A DNA stretch of 64,000 bases from the NCBI RefSeq assembly GCF_001194135.2, contig NC_068986.1, positions 38,134,048 through 38,198,047 of the forward strand. Direction: 5' to 3'. The stretch comes from Octopus bimaculoides (taxonomy: Eukaryota). Position 1 is the first letter of the stretch. Every line of letters begins with the position of its first letter. Positions 1 to 13,880 of this stretch are shown one piece after another. The notes beneath the pieces are model-generated. The model was not told the DNA's origin. It was given only the letters and a program-made list of their open reading frames with translations, and searched no databases. A program made the position numbers and the translations under genes.

Positions 1-2107
1 GGCTCTTGATGCTAGTACTATTTCTCTCTGTGTGGACTGAAATGATTTGGTACATCTGTTTGGATACTGACAATTTGGCATAGCTGACTGGACATCCAAC
101 CTATTTTGGGTGGAGACAAACACATGCCTGTGCATAATATACACATTCAAGAATGTCTTTTACAGTCATGCCTCTTATTCCTTCTCTCAGCCAGGGTGAG
201 GTGGGGGTTTATCTTACAGGTTTGTGAATGCTGGTGCCACTTAAAAAGCACCCATGTTGGTGCCACATAAGAAGAACCAATGTTGGTGCCTAGTATAAAG
301 CAGCTGTGCTGGTGTCACATAAAAAACAACCAGTATACTGTGTAAATTGCTTGGCACTGGGAAGGGAATATAGCCATAGAAACCATGCCAAAACTGACAA
401 ATGGAGCCTGGCCAGCTCTTGTCAAACTGTCCAACCCATTCCTGCATGGAGAACGGATGTTTGATGATGATGATGACACAGATAGAGTGCCATTACACAT
501 ACATACAAACATAACTAGATGCTCACAGAGTGAGAGGGGGAGGAGGCATAGAACGTGAGAAACATTAAAACTTTTGATGTTGAATAAGTCAGCTTTGTAA
601 GAGGAATGCCAAAATGTCTTGTATCCTTCTGTGTGTGTATATATTGCTTATGCCTGTCTGGGTTGAGTGGAAGAGAAATTTGTGTTTAAATGTAGTTGTG
701 CTCTGAAGTGTTGTATATATGTCTGGATAAAACTCCTAGTAACAAGTCCCTAGTCACATCGTCCCCATTTTCTCTCTCTCTCTCTCTTCTTTCCTACTGC
801 GAGATGTCTATTTCTGTGCTTCTACTCATACTCCTCGTATCTGGCACAAAGCCACCTCCTTCAACACTATACCCTCCCTTACTTGAGAGGTCTTGTCTTG
901 TTAATTATTTGGTGACCTCACTGCTGATGGTGCCATATAAAAAGCACCCAGTCCATGCTGTAAAGTGGCTGGTGTTAGGAAGGCCACCTGGCCATAAAAA
1001 CCATACCAAAGCAGACAGTAGAGCTTGGTGCAATCTTCTGACTTCCCAGTTCCTATCAAACCATCTAACCCATTCCAACATGGAAAGTGGATGTTAAAAT
1101 ATGATGATGATGTGTTTGGCATTGGGGTTTCATATGGTGACAGAGACTGTAGAAGTTATAACTTACTATAGCAACTAATTGTACCACTCATATGTTCAGC
1201 TGGTCTGTGTACAATTTGCTAAAACATAATGCACTATTTTATGTATTTTGTACTTTGTTGTGGAAAGATTGGGGATTCTAGTAGGATTATTATAGTCTGT
1301 GATGGTTCTACTATATTGTTTGTATGCCAAAGCTGTTGTTTCATTCCGTTGGCTAAATGTAGTAATTGTGATTGCTCTTAGTATTATTGCAATTGTTCCT
1401 AGATGCTGTTTAGCACCAGGTCAGCTTTGACCAAAGGTGTTCTAGCCATGACCAGCTGTTTTCTTTTTTCAGACATCCATAGCATGGATGCAAGATATAG
1501 ATGTTTCTAGTCTCCCTTGAAAACATGTCTGGCCAAGGAGAAGTATTAGCTTGCTGGGAAACAGGTGAAGGTTGATAACTGGAAGGGCATCAGGCTGTAG
1601 AAAATCTGTCTGAACAAATTCTGTATGACCCATACACACATGAAAAAGTTGACAACTAACAATGGTTTGATACATTCCCTTAGCTTAGCAGTTTGACGGA
1701 AAGTAATTTAATTTCTGGGATTGATTTGATAAGCTAAACTCTTCAAATTAATGCAAAAGGATAAAAGAATACTTAAAGGTATGGTAATGAACATCAGTAA
1801 GAAAATGTTTTCATTTTTAGATTTAAAAAAAATAATTCAAATCCTTAGTATTTAATCTCCCACTCAAATATTCTATTGGTTTTAAGTTAAAATTAACCAG
1901 ATCCAATATCTCACACCTACCCTACAATGTCACTCTAAAAATATACAAACACCACTGAAAACTTGGAGCTACAAAATAATGTGATTAATTCACAACAATG
2001 TGAATAAATCGGCAACGCATCTGACAATGAAATCTGAATGTTAAAGGGTTAAATAAGTGTATAAAGGAAGATGAACGTAATAAATTGTTTAAAAAATACC
2101 AACTTAC

Positions 2108-2199
2108 CTCAATATTTCCATAAATTGTTATTAAGTTATACATCTTTGCAATATCTTTAATGGATTCGATTTCAATGGTAGACATCTTCCGATGATTAT
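2108..2199 (-). CDS. CENPM: CENP-M coding exon 5 (D-NHRKMSTIEIESIKDIAKMYNLITIYGNIE)
   Basis: Acceptor ttttttcaatttgcatcag and donor gtaagt. 92 nt, phase 1/0. Aligns to human VVKLAHTYQSPLLYCDLE. No terminal exon found in 1-2100. Confidence 0.88.
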
Positions 2200-2479
2200 C
2201 TGATGCAAATTGAAAAAATGTATGATTCTTTTATTGAAACATCACAGAAGTAATGATTACACAAACAAGCTATTAATATTGATAGTTACAAAGGCTAATC
2301 TATCAGTATTTATTACTAAAATTCCTGGAATTAATGGAGAGGCATAATTGTTGTGGATATGGAGTTTGCTTCACAACCACATAGTTTTGAGTTCTATCCT
2401 ACTGCATGGAACCTTGGACAAGTATCTTCAGTACTTTTTAGTAATCTTCCCCCGTTTTACAAGATATATTGGTACTTTT

Positions 2480-2734
2480 GGTTATCTCCGATTAAAAAAA
2501 TTGTTTCGCCCTCAATAAAAACAAAAACAAAAAAAAATGAAAAAATTAATAAACATAAAAAGTGAAAAGATGAAACATCGTTTTGAATCTGATAATATTT
2601 TATAACAAATAATACCATGCCTATTGAGGAGGCCAAACGTCAACAATGTGTTGAAGTACTGAATCAAAACGATCTAACTCTTTTAATCCAATCTCGTCGC
2701 CACATTAACTCGAATTTTTAGTGGGGAGATAACC
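2480..2734. mobile_element. Small TIR element (GG termini, possibly Merlin-like)
   Basis: About 22-bp imperfect TIRs ggttatctcc..aaaaatt / aattttt..ggagataacc. TSD not convincing. Confidence 0.4.
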
Positions 2735-3459
2735 CAATTTTTTAATGGGTTTTAGTTAAAGAAACCGATGGCAGGACTTCTTCTTTGTAAGCCAAGTACT
2801 TATTCTGTCAGTCTCTTTTGCCGAACTGCTAAGTTATGGGGATGTAAACACACCAACATCAGTTGTCAAGCAATGGTGTTGGGAATAAACAAAGACACAC
2901 ATTCAAATCAATAGTGGCAGACAACTAGTTAAAGGTCAGTGGTCCATATCATAAAACCAACACTGCATTGTGTCTATGTTCAAGATATTTCATCTTCAAA
3001 AGGCCCATTACACTATAAGTACCACAAGGGAAGAGAAATTTTTAGGATTGCAAATAGCAACAGCAGTGATAATAGAGCTTCATTAGCTGGTAATATTGGT
3101 TTTAATTTATTCTGAGAGGTAGTTTAGCAAGGGATAGCTTTTCCCCATATCAAATACACAATCCTCATCATTTAAACATCCACTTTTCCATGCTTGCATA
3201 GGTCAGGCAGAGTTTACTGATATGTTTTTAACAGAAGCAAACTTCTTAATTACACACCTATGCCTTTGAACACGAATTTACAACAAAGAAAAATCTGTAA
3301 TAGTAATGCCTGTAACCTGATGGAGAGAATCACTATTTGCTGAAACTGTAATAGCATGGACACTGAACTATCCATGTCATTATAGTTCTGTTAAGGGAAT
3401 GAGTAAGTCAATATTCCAATGCTAGATGGACAATAACACTAAGCAACAGAAAATCTCAC

Positions 3460-3542
3460 CTGGTAGATGAACAATCAAACATGCTCTTCCAAGAAAGTAT
3501 TCAGCATCAATAAATTTCACAGCTTCTTGTAAACAGTTCAGA
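3460..3542 (-). CDS. CENPM: CENP-M coding exon 4 (LNCLQEAVKFIDAEYFLGRACLIVHLP)
   Basis: Acceptor ttaatccttcttag and donor gtgaga. 83 nt, phase 2/1. Matches human [24 protein letters not shown] (recalled). Confidence 0.92.
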
Positions 3543-4290
3543 CTAAGAAGGATTAAAATGGTTCAAGAAAGAAATAATAGTCATTAAAATCGTGGTCAGA
3601 TATAAGATAATGACCAAGTAATAATTTTAAGTCAAACATGATATAAGAATAAGTGACATCTAAAATCAAAACAATGAGAATAATAACTGTGTAACAAAAT
3701 TTTTATTATTTCTTGGCTTTGGTCAGTAAGTGTTAATTCCTATTCGCCTTTATCTAGAAATCAAATGACATGACTACTATTCCCTTCAAACATTGCTTTT
3801 GTGACCTGGACATCAATGTTTTGAAACTCACCTATTTTCCATTACATTTCAGACAGATTCAGCACTGAGTTACTGAAGCAGAAATATTGTTGTAGCAAAT
3901 ATTCTGCTCAATACCACAGATTTGCTTGTCAGTTGCTTGATCATAACCACTTGAGCATGTCCCTTAGTGGCTGACAATATGTGCATCTCTGATCATGCGC
4001 AGGAGTAGTGGGGGAGTATCATAGCCATGTGTTGAGAGGGATTCTTTGAGGTTTGAATAAATCTAAGAAAAGCAAGTTTGAAGGAAATATTAGCCATTTT
4101 TTCCTACTTTGTAGAGATAAGCATATAAGAAATAACAGTTGCTATTTAAGGACAAAAATCACATTACAAAGTGTAATATGAACATGTAATACAAGTCTGA
4201 AATAAACTCAAATTATGAAGCTTTTATAAATCAAATGCTAATTCTAGTTGTTTGCTATCTAGAAAATGAATAAATACTGAGATCTGTAAA

Positions 4291-4660
4291 CCTTTAGCAT
4301 TCTGATTGCTTAAATTTAATGCTTATTTATTCACATTGTTTTGAATTAATCAGGCATTGAAGCTTCATGACTTCAATGACGTGATTGTTTATTATTAAAA
4401 TAACATTATGTGGTAGGTGTGAAAAGTTGAATCTGGTCAGTTTGAACATAAAACAGGTAGAATCCGAGGTAGACTGAGCCATCAGTCAACTGGGCACTGC
4501 CCAAGAGCCTGGAGCTCTGAGGGGCCCACACTCTACATGTTAACTCTCTTTGATATCAATGCCAAGGGGCCCGGTGAACAGCTATGCACGTGGGCCCTTA
4601 ATACTCTCATCCCTGGGTAGGATATTTCAGCTGGATATGGCTGGTTTAAATGCCAAAGGC
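4291..4660. mobile_element. piggyBac-type MITE (CCCTTTAGCATT termini) interrupted by a hAT-like MITE
   Basis: Matches the other TTAA-CCCTTTAGCATT copies in the window, with TTAA at the right end. Confidence 0.7.
4464..4615. mobile_element. hAT-like MITE nested in piggyBac MITE
   Basis: 8-bp TSD ggtagaat/ggtaggat interrupts the host consensus. One terminus reads CAGGG, and there are internal gggccc repeats. Confidence 0.6.
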
Positions 4661-6769
4661 TTAAATTTGTTTTATTCCAGCTGGCCTAAACATCACTCTG
4701 AACATAATTTAGTAACTTGTTAGAAACCATCTGCATTAAAGTGTTATTCATAAATTAAAACCTAAAATACAAGATGTAAGTAAAAGTTCCGACATTATCA
4801 AATTATATCTAAGAACTGTTTGATATTCCAATAAATTAAAAGTTACAGTTATTTCACAAAACCCTTATTTGGTTCTTCATTATTTTGAAAAATTAACTTA
4901 ACGTTTTAGCATTCACATTATTCTGTCAAGTTGCCATCCAGTTTCACCAGTCCTCAGTCAAATCGTCCAACCCATGCTAGCATGGAAAGCGGACGTTAAA
5001 CGATAATGATGATGATGAATTAATCATACATTATCTCATAGCTTCAAGATTTCAATGATGTGATTATTTATATTTAGAATGACATTGTAGAGGATGTGTG
5101 AGAGGCCATATCTGGCTGGTTTGAGCACAAAACAGGCAAAATATTTGGGCCAGATATAGTCAGTTTAAATGCTAAAGGGTTAAACACATTGACAATGTAT
5201 TCTTAGTGGAATTAGGACCAAAAAAGGATTGAGTGTCAATGGTCTAAAATAAATCTACTGTAAATGCCCACCTTACTCTATGCATATAGTAAGCTGAAGC
5301 ATTTTAATTAATTAAAATTCCTCCATCAGTGAGAGAATAATCTTCATAACTAATTCTGTACAAGAAAGGAAGAGAAAGTACCATAAAATTTACAAATTAA
5401 AAATAGAATGAGAAAGCAGTGGAGAGAAAATGATTTTTGATCATAAAGTGACAACTCCAGGCATGTTAATGCCTTATTGGACCTCCTCAACAAAGCATAG
5501 TCTAAACATTATTGCCAGATCTTGGGACATCTAGAAAGAATATACAGGTTTTCTTAGTGGCATGATAATTTCAAAGAATAGATGGGAAATACCCAGGGAT
5601 GCCTGTCACATGGAAAACAGAAAAGTGTGCATTAACATATTGCAACATAGTAAACCAAACTAATAATACTGTCCTAATAATAGAACTTTTATATAAAAGC
5701 ATAAAAATATATGCTAGTAGATAAGTAGCAAAAGAAAAGACAGAGTGAATTAAAATAAAGAATGAGGTATACTATAACAAAATGTAGACAACAAGAAATC
5801 ATTAAACAACTAAAGAAAATGGAAGAAAGCAATCAAGTGAAGATATTTTTCAAAGGAGAGAGAAAAAGCAGAAAAATCAAGATGACAAAGTTAAGAACTT
5901 TTTAGCAGTTAAAGTAGTAATTCCTGTTTTCTCACTTTTCCCATTTTTATTTGTTCACCATCATCATTTCACATCTGCTTATCATATTGGCAAGTGATAG
6001 ATGTGTCATAATGATTCAGTTAAATTCTTATTTTGAGTTACTACCCTCCCAGATCAGTTGGAGGATACTGTGTCATGCTAGTATTTTCTTTTCTTTGGCA
6101 TGATATTTATAAGTGGATGTCCTTCCTAACAGTTATCACTTTACAGAGTGTACTGGAGACATTTTATAGCACAACCACAAAAGAGAGTGCCAATGTCTTC
6201 AGCATGACTAAAATATCACACTCCCTTGATGACTCTACTGGATTCACCAACCACTTTATAGAATGTAGTAAGTGTATTTTATCATGGTACCAGTATTAGT
6301 GATGTTGCCTAATATCACACAAGATTTAAAGAGCCATCTCTAGTTTAGGTTGTCTCAGATTGTTCAAGGCAATGTGTTCAAGAGGGTGAACAGAAGAGAA
6401 GGTGTTAACAGAAGATGAACAAGAGTGAGTGGGCAAAGAAGGTGAGAGAAAGACAAGACAAACAATGGTTGAAGTGAGAGAATAACAGAGGAGGGGGGGT
6501 GATGAAATGGTGAGAGGATGATAAAAGAGGAAGTAATAAAACAGTGAAAGGGATGAGAGGGTGACAGAGGAAAGCACAAAGCTGTAAAGAATAATAAAAG
6601 AGAGAGAATAAACATAGAAGGCAACAACAATGAAACACATTGGCATTCTATTTCATATGACAACTTACAAACTAAATTTTTTTTTTTTTGGTACATTCTG
6701 TGCTGACCATTATTGCTTTCTAAGACAATTTATTGAAGAAAAATATATTTTGTATTAAAGTGAACAAAC

Positions 6770-6865
6770 CTTTCCTTTCTTGTAACATCAATAACAAAAC
6801 AAATGAAATCAATCCTTGGTCGAGGTGGATCCGTGGGTTCTAGTGGCAAATTACTGGTCAGTCGA
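6770..6865 (-). CDS. CENPM: CENP-M coding exon 3 (RLTSNLPLEPTDPPRPRIDFICFVIDVTRKE-S)
   Basis: Contains the LPL...RPRID(F/L)I.FV signature of CENP-M. 96 nt, phase 2/2, donor gtttgt. Only the G of the acceptor AG is visible (6866) before the N gap. Confidence 0.92.
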
Positions 6866-9682
6866 CNNNNNNNNNNNNNNNNNNNNNNNNNNNNNNNNNN
6901 NNNNNNNNNNNNNNNNNNNNNNNNNNNNNNNNNNNNNNNNNNNNNNNNNNNNNNNNNNNNNNNNNNNNNNNNNNNNNNNNNNNNNNNNNNNNNNNNNNNN
7001 NNNNNNNNNNNNNNNNNNNNNNNNNNNNNNNNNNNNNNNNNNNNNNNNNNNNNNNNNNNNNNNNNNNNNNNNNNNNNNNNNNNNNNNNNNNNNNNNNNNN
7101 NNNNNNNNNNNNNNNNNNNNNNNNNNNNNNNNNNNNNNNNNNNNNNNNNNNNNNNNNNNNNNNNNNNNNNNNNNNNNNNNNNNNNNNNNNNNNNNNNNNN
7201 NNNNNNNNNNNNNNNNNNNNNNNNNNNNNNNNNNNNNNNNNNNNNNNNNNNNNNNNNNNNNNNNNNNNNNNNNNNNNNNNNNNNNNNNNNNNNNNNNNNN
7301 NNNNNNNNNNNNNNNNNNNNNNNNNNNNNNNNNNNNNNNNNNNNNNNNNNNNNNNNNNNNNNNNNNNNNNNNNNNNNNNNNNNNNNNNNNNNNNNNNNNN
7401 NNNNNNNNNNNNNNNNNNNNNNNNNNNNNNNNNNNNNNNNNNNNNNNNNNNNNNNNNNNNNNNNNNNNNNNNNNNNNNNNNNNNNNNNNNNNNNNNNNNN
7501 NNNNNNNNNNNNNNNNNNNNNNNNNNNNNNNNNNNNNNNNNNNNNNNNNNNNNNNNNNNNNNNNNNNNNNNNNNNNNNNNNNNNNNNNNNNNNNNNNNNN
7601 NNNNNNNNNNNNNNNNNNNNNNNNNNNNNNNNNNNNNNNNNNNNNNNNNNNNNNNNNNNNNNNNNNNNNNNNNNNNNNNNNNNNNNNNNNNNNNNNNNNN
7701 NNNNNNNNNNNNNNNNNNNNNNNNNNNNNNNNNNNNNNNNNNNNNNNNNNNNNNNNNNNNNNNNNNNNNNNNNNNCCGCATTTCGAAGGAAAGGACAATA
7801 CGTGACATCGTTGAAACAGTCCTTCCTGCAAAGCAAATTAAATAAAATTTGGGATTTTTTGCGGAGGGTGAAAGTGTTAACAAGACATTAAAAACAAACA
7901 GTGAGGGCTGTTGAGCCAAGATGATAGAAAAATTATTATGAATGCTATATAAACATTAACAACCACACATAATGTATATGTTTTGTGTGTTTGCCGTTAT
8001 GCTGCGATTAGGTGTGGTGGAGATTACTCCCTTAAAACACCTGAAAGTCATGGACAGGTGAGACCACTCACCCCAGATCCCATTCAAGAGTGATGGATAT
8101 CAATGTTTCATTTTTGTGACTTATCAACATCACATACTTGAACACCGAATCAGAGGTGAATCATACTGCCAGTATACATATGTGTATATATACATATTAC
8201 AGCGTGATGTGCTGCTTCACTGGTCCCCCCCTCTCTCTCTCTCTCTCTCTTTATATATATATATGATGATGATGATGATGATCTTTTCTCCCGCCATGCC
8301 TCTGTCTACCCCTCCATCCTCTCTCTCCTTCGTAGTTTNNNNNNNNNNCTCAGTCAAATCGTCCAACCCATGCTAGCATGGAAAGCGGACGTTAAACGAT
8401 GATGATGATGATCAAGCCAAGTAAAATTGCAGTTGTGACAGATACCAGTGTCATGCAAATGGCACCAGTGCTGGTGGCACATAAAAGCACCCATTACACT
8501 CTCGGAGTTGTTGGCATTAGGAAGGGCATCCATCTGTAGAAGGCATGCCAAATCAGACTGGAGTCTGGTGCAGCCTTTCAGCTTCCCAGCCCTGGTCAGA
8601 CTGTCCAACCCATGCCGGCATTGACAACAAACGTTAAATGATGATGATTGTTGTGTCTACGGAGAGTCATTATGCCAATATTATTAACACATGCACTGGT
8701 TCAATTCCACTTCTTTATTATTAATCAACTGGTTCAATATCCAACTAACTAATCAATTATTTGTAAGTCATTTGTTTTGTTTTTGTTTGTGAAAGCTCTT
8801 TCGTTGCTACTTGCAACCTTTTCAATGACATTTGACTTAGTCAATAATCTAATGGGCTTTTCTCAGTTTACATTCTTCAAATCCACTTACAAGGTTTTGG
8901 TTGGCAAGGGGCTGCAGCAGAAGACACTTGACCAAGGTACCACACAGTGGGACTGAACCCAAAACTATGTGGTTGGGAAGCAAACTTCTTACCACAAAGC
9001 AACACCAATGCTTACAGTGATAAACTTGAATGTCTCAAAATCACATTATTTTATTTTCAATCTCTATTCTCTCTTAGTATCTGTTTCTCATCCACTCCTA
9101 CACTATTTCCAATATTCTGTTGTATAATACACACACAAACACATGACCAGCTTTTTTTTTATGTGGAAAGCACAATACAAGAATTAAAACATACGTAGTA
9201 GTTGTAAAACAAAATATTAAAAAAAAAGCACATATGAATGGCATTATCTATTTTTGTTATCAGTGGGAAGGATTGGCACATTTTGGATATTTGCATATGA
9301 ATAAAACAGGTGACTTGTCTTCCGACAGTTGTATCACACCATAATGTGAACAATGAAATGTCAAAATGCTACTGACTTTCGAGAAAAATTAGTAATATTT
9401 TTCAGTAAAGGCACAGGCATGGTTATCATCATCATCATCAATTAACATCTGTTATCCATGCTAGCATGCTGTACCAGGGTCCAGTCTGATTTGGCATGGT
9501 TTCTATAGCTGGATGCTTTTCCTAACACTAACCACTTTATAGAGTGTGCTGGGTGCTTTTACATGGCACTTTTACATGTCATCACACAGGTCCTTTTACG
9601 GGGCACTACCACAAGTACTTCACACCACCAGAAGGATCGGTCTTGACACTTCTGCTGTGGGGTATGGGTCTTCTTGACACAT

Positions 9683-10063
9683 ACCCTGGTTGTGTGGTTA
9701 AGAAGCTTGTTTTACAATCAAGTGGTTTTGGGTTCAGTCCCACAACACTATACCTTGGGCAAGTGTCTTCTACTGTAGTCCTAGGCCTACCAATGTCTTG
9801 TAAGTGAATTTGATAGACAGAAACTGTATGGAGGCCCATTATATATGTGTGTATATATATCTTTATATTTGCTTGTTTCCCTCACCACTACTTGACAACT
9901 GGTGTAGGTTTGTTTACATCTCCATGACATGGCAGTTCAGCAAAAATGAACAATAAAATAAGTACCTGTACTTAACAAAATAAGTCCTGGGATCAATTTC
10001 TTTGACTAAAGTAGTGCCCCAGTATGACCACAGTCTAATGACTGAAACAAGTAAAAGATAAAA
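9683..10063 (+). mobile_element. tRNA-derived SINE family A (CORE-like, octopus OR-type by inference)
   Basis: tRNA-like head, ccttgggcaagtgtcttctact core, internal microsatellite, and tail actgaaacaagtaaaaga. Other copies at about 8870-9005(-), 18979-19440(+), 46565-46995(-), 55595-56010(+), 58440-58630(-) and 62750-62905(-). Confidence 0.8.
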
Positions 10064-10614
10064 AAGTACAGCATAATGATTACTGAACCAATCAAGGAGC
10101 TCCTACATCATCACTTGACCTGCTAGAAATAACAGCCAAACCTTAATTAAATCAGACCTGACTATCTAAACTAAAGACAACACATATTAGATAACAATGT
10201 AGTGTTACAAAACCCCTAAAATGATGGAATGGTCATGGTTGGAATGCCTTTAATCATGACTTGGAGCTAAACATGCTGACTATAATGAAGTTTGGACTCA
10301 GTAGCCCAGCAACTTAATAAGTGAATCATCATCATCATCATCATCACTGTTTTAATGTCCACCTTTCCATGTTAGCATAGGTCAGACAGAATTCGTGGAG
10401 GAAGATTTTCTATGGCCAGATGTTCTTGCTATTGCTAAAACTCACCTGTTTCCAAGTAAGGTAATAAATCCAGCTATATTTTCATGCATGACTGGAAACA
10501 AATGATGTTTGTATGATAGTATTACTTGCTTACAACTATCGTACAATATCAAGACAGATACAAACACAACACATATACACCTTTAAATACATAATGAAGG
10601 AACATGACTCAGTG

Positions 10615-11048
10615 CAGCACTGGATTAACCATTAATCAAAATAAGCATGTGCTTAGGGCATCAAAGGAAGTGGTGGGGGGCACCACAGAAATGGTAAATC
10701 GTTTACGGCACAAAAGAAATCACTTTAAACTTGCTAAAATAATATTTGAGGTAGTGTATGTGATTGGAAATATAATTTCAAAGTGTTCATGGTGTTATAG
10801 TGAAGATTTGATTGAAGACTTTACAATTAGAAAAAAGTAGGAGAAAACTTTTGAAATATAAAGTGGAAGCATAAAAAGATAAAATAAACATTTCCTCCCA
10901 TCTTACTCTTGGTTTTGTTTCATTTTGAAAAACAAAAAAAAAAAAGAATTATTTTATGGCTTATTGTTTAAATTTTGAATTACATATATATGGTGGCACT
11001 AAAATCTTTTAAGTGCTTAGGGCTTCAATGGATCTTACTCCAGCGCTG
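10615..11048. mobile_element. hAT-like MITE inserted in a SINE tRNA head
   Basis: TIRs cagcactggattaa / ttactccagcgctg, with an 8-bp TSD actcagtg/gctcactg splitting the SINE A-box (catggctcagtg|gttagagc). Confidence 0.6.
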
Positions 11049-11545
11049 GCTCACTGGTTAGAGCATTGAGCTTGCAATCATGAGGCAGTGAGTTCGATTC
11101 ATGGACCAGGCTGTGTGTTGTGTTCTTGTGCAAGACACTTTATCCAAGGGAATGGCAAAGGCCGACACTGTTTGGCACCAGTGTCATCACAACTCATTTC
11201 TACAGCTGAGTAAACTGGAGCAATGTGAAATAAAATGTCTTACTCAAGAACACAATGCACAGCCTGGTCTGGGAATCGAATTCACTACCTTATGATGGTG
11301 AACCTGATGCTCTAACTAATGAGCTATGCACCTTTGTCACACAGTCATTTGACATACTAAAAATAGCAGCCATATCTCACTGAGCCATCTTATAGACGGA
11401 AAGGTGTATTGAATACCCTTGTGGTTCAAGATATGCCAGCCTGGAAAAAAAAAATCAAAATAGAATGGTCATAGCTCTACTCACTCAGGACTGACTAAGG
11501 GTTAAATACCAACAATCTGAAGCAAAGAATATATGTGATACTTAC

Positions 11546-11625
11546 ACCAAAAGAGGAAACTTATCTGACATAGAGACCAGGCTTTCAGCAAGTTTCTTTT
11601 TGTTGATGCCATATTCTCCAAGGAT
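11546..11625 (-). CDS. CENPM: CENP-M coding exon 2 (ILGEYGINKKKLAESLVSMSDKFPLL-V)
   Basis: Acceptor ttttctgtag and donor gtaagt. 80 nt, phase 0 in and phase 2 out. Occupies the degenerate P-loop position of the pseudo-GTPase. Confidence 0.88.
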
Positions 11626-13880
11626 CTACAGAAAAGGTAAATAAATATAACATTAAAACAACTGAATATTGTATAGCTTCTGATAATCTTCTTTTAATCA
11701 ATGTGCTTCACAAGTTTCCAATACAAATCAGAAAACAGCAGAGTGAGGGAGAGAGAGAGAGAGAGAGAGCGTGTGGAAAAGTGGACATGATGGTGATAAT
11801 ATAACATCTTAATTAAAACAAACCCTCCATATGGTTGTTCATTCTGCTCGAAATAACAGCTTAATTTTCCTATTATCTTAAAAATGGAAAAGACAATGGA
11901 GAATAGAGTTCTTGATACTTTTAAAAAGACAAGATGGTCATGACTGGAATGGTTTTAATCAAAAGGGTTGTNNNNNNNNNNNNNNNNNNNNNNNNNNNNN
12001 NNNNNNNNNNNNNNNNNNNNNNNNNNNNNNNNNNNNNNNNNNNNNNNNNNNNNNNNNNNNNNNNNNNNNNNNNNNNNNNNNNNNNNNNNNNNNNNNNNNN
12101 NNNNNNNNNNNNNNNNNNNNNNNNNNNNNNNNNNNNNNNNNNNNNNNNNNNNNNNNNNNNNNNNNNNNNNNNNNNNNNNNNNNNNNNNNNNNNNNNNNNN
12201 NNNNNNNNNNNNNNNNNNNNNNNNNNNNNNNNNNNNNNNNNNNNNNNNNNNNNNNNNNNNNNNNNNNNNNNNNNNNNNNNNNNNNNNNNNNNNNNNNNNN
12301 NNNNNNNNNNNNNNNNNNNNNNNNNNNNNNNNNNNNNNNNNNNNNNNNNNNNNNNNNNNNNNNNNNNNNNNNNNNNNNNNNNNNNNNNNNNNNNNNNNNN
12401 NNNNNNNNNNNNNNNNNNNNNNNNNNNNNNNNNNNNNNNNNNNNNNNNNNNNNNNNNNNNNNNNNNNNNNNNNNNNNNNNNNNNNNNNNNNNNNNNNNNN
12501 NNNNNNNNNNNNNNNNNNNNNNNNNNNNNNNNNNNNNNNNNNNNAAAAAAAGTGAAAAATTGTGGGTAGGGGTTAAATTAAAATTTTGAAATGCCGATTT
12601 TTTGGGGTTTTTTTTGTTTTGTTTTTTTGCAGATACGGAATCTCCGCAGTCGAAAAGGTGAGTTTCTGTAGAAAAAAAAAAATCGAAAGGAGGTGCGGTC
12701 CATGTCCTTTACCTCCGCCCTTAATTGTATTTCTGAAGTGTAAATTATGTATGAGGAATATGATATTTTTATTTGGCTGTTATGCAAAAACCTTTGTCAC
12801 GGTTTTCCGACAAAAACAATCTTAGACCCCCACCAATCAAACCTCCAAACATTGCCTTTCACAAAATGTGTGCGTGGTGGTGGGGGCAATTAATAATATT
12901 TACTGCATTTTTGATTTTGAGAAAAAGAATATTTCTTAGGAATGTCAACTACCTTACAAAAAGTATATCATGGGAAAACGGCACAGGATTCGAAATTAAC
13001 GAAACTCGACTAAATTCAAAAACTGAACATAAAATATTCTCAAATTCTTCTTCACGATCTGCTGGAGTGACTCTCTTCCTGATATATTTACGCAACATGC
13101 AGTTAAAGAGAAGAAATTATTGAAATTAGTCATTAGAAGATGCAAAGTCATAAGTGCCGGATAAATACTGGCGTGCATCGACAACAGGTCTTTTGAACCC
13201 TAGTGCAGTTAGTAAACCTAGTAATTTTGGCCTTTCAATAGCTTAATACTGATAGGGGTCGCATACTTCTCCAGCAGATTTCAATTTTTCATTAGTAAAG
13301 ACAAAATCTTCGGTGAAGCAGAAATTACTCATTTTACCCCATTTTAGACATCATTTTCTGAAAACTGATTATCAAATTAGACATTACTGCGGGGGAAAAT
13401 ATTTTTACTTGGAATCCGAAATGAACTGTCAAATGTTGTCGAGTTATATCGAAGGAATGCCGAAAAGAATTTTGATTGTTAAACACTAAAAATTATCTAG
13501 ATATTTTACCTCTATATAAAAACCATTACAATCGGGTCAAAGATGAAAAATTCTTTGAAAACAGTCACCTGACTTAATTTCAAACTCTCTCAACTTCAAC
13601 AATAACTATGCGGACCAATTTTACACTCAAAGATGACAAAACAGTACAAGATGATGATGCCATACTTGTAATATAATAATATCAAACAAATAGGAAAAAA
13701 AAATAACAAAAGATCGAAATTACTCAATTTGCCCCACAACACTAACAATACACATCACAAAGCTACTCGTAAATACAGAAGAAAGCAGTAAATATAGGGC
13801 TACTTGATAGTATAAGTGTATAAAATTTCAGCACATAACAAAAGAAATAGCTTATATATAACAAATTAATTTTAGTTTAC

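Noticed and set aside
9190-9320. Candidate CENP-M exon 3 (CQSFPL.. resemblance)
   Set aside because: No usable acceptor or phase; the true exon 3 with RPRID is at 6770-6865.
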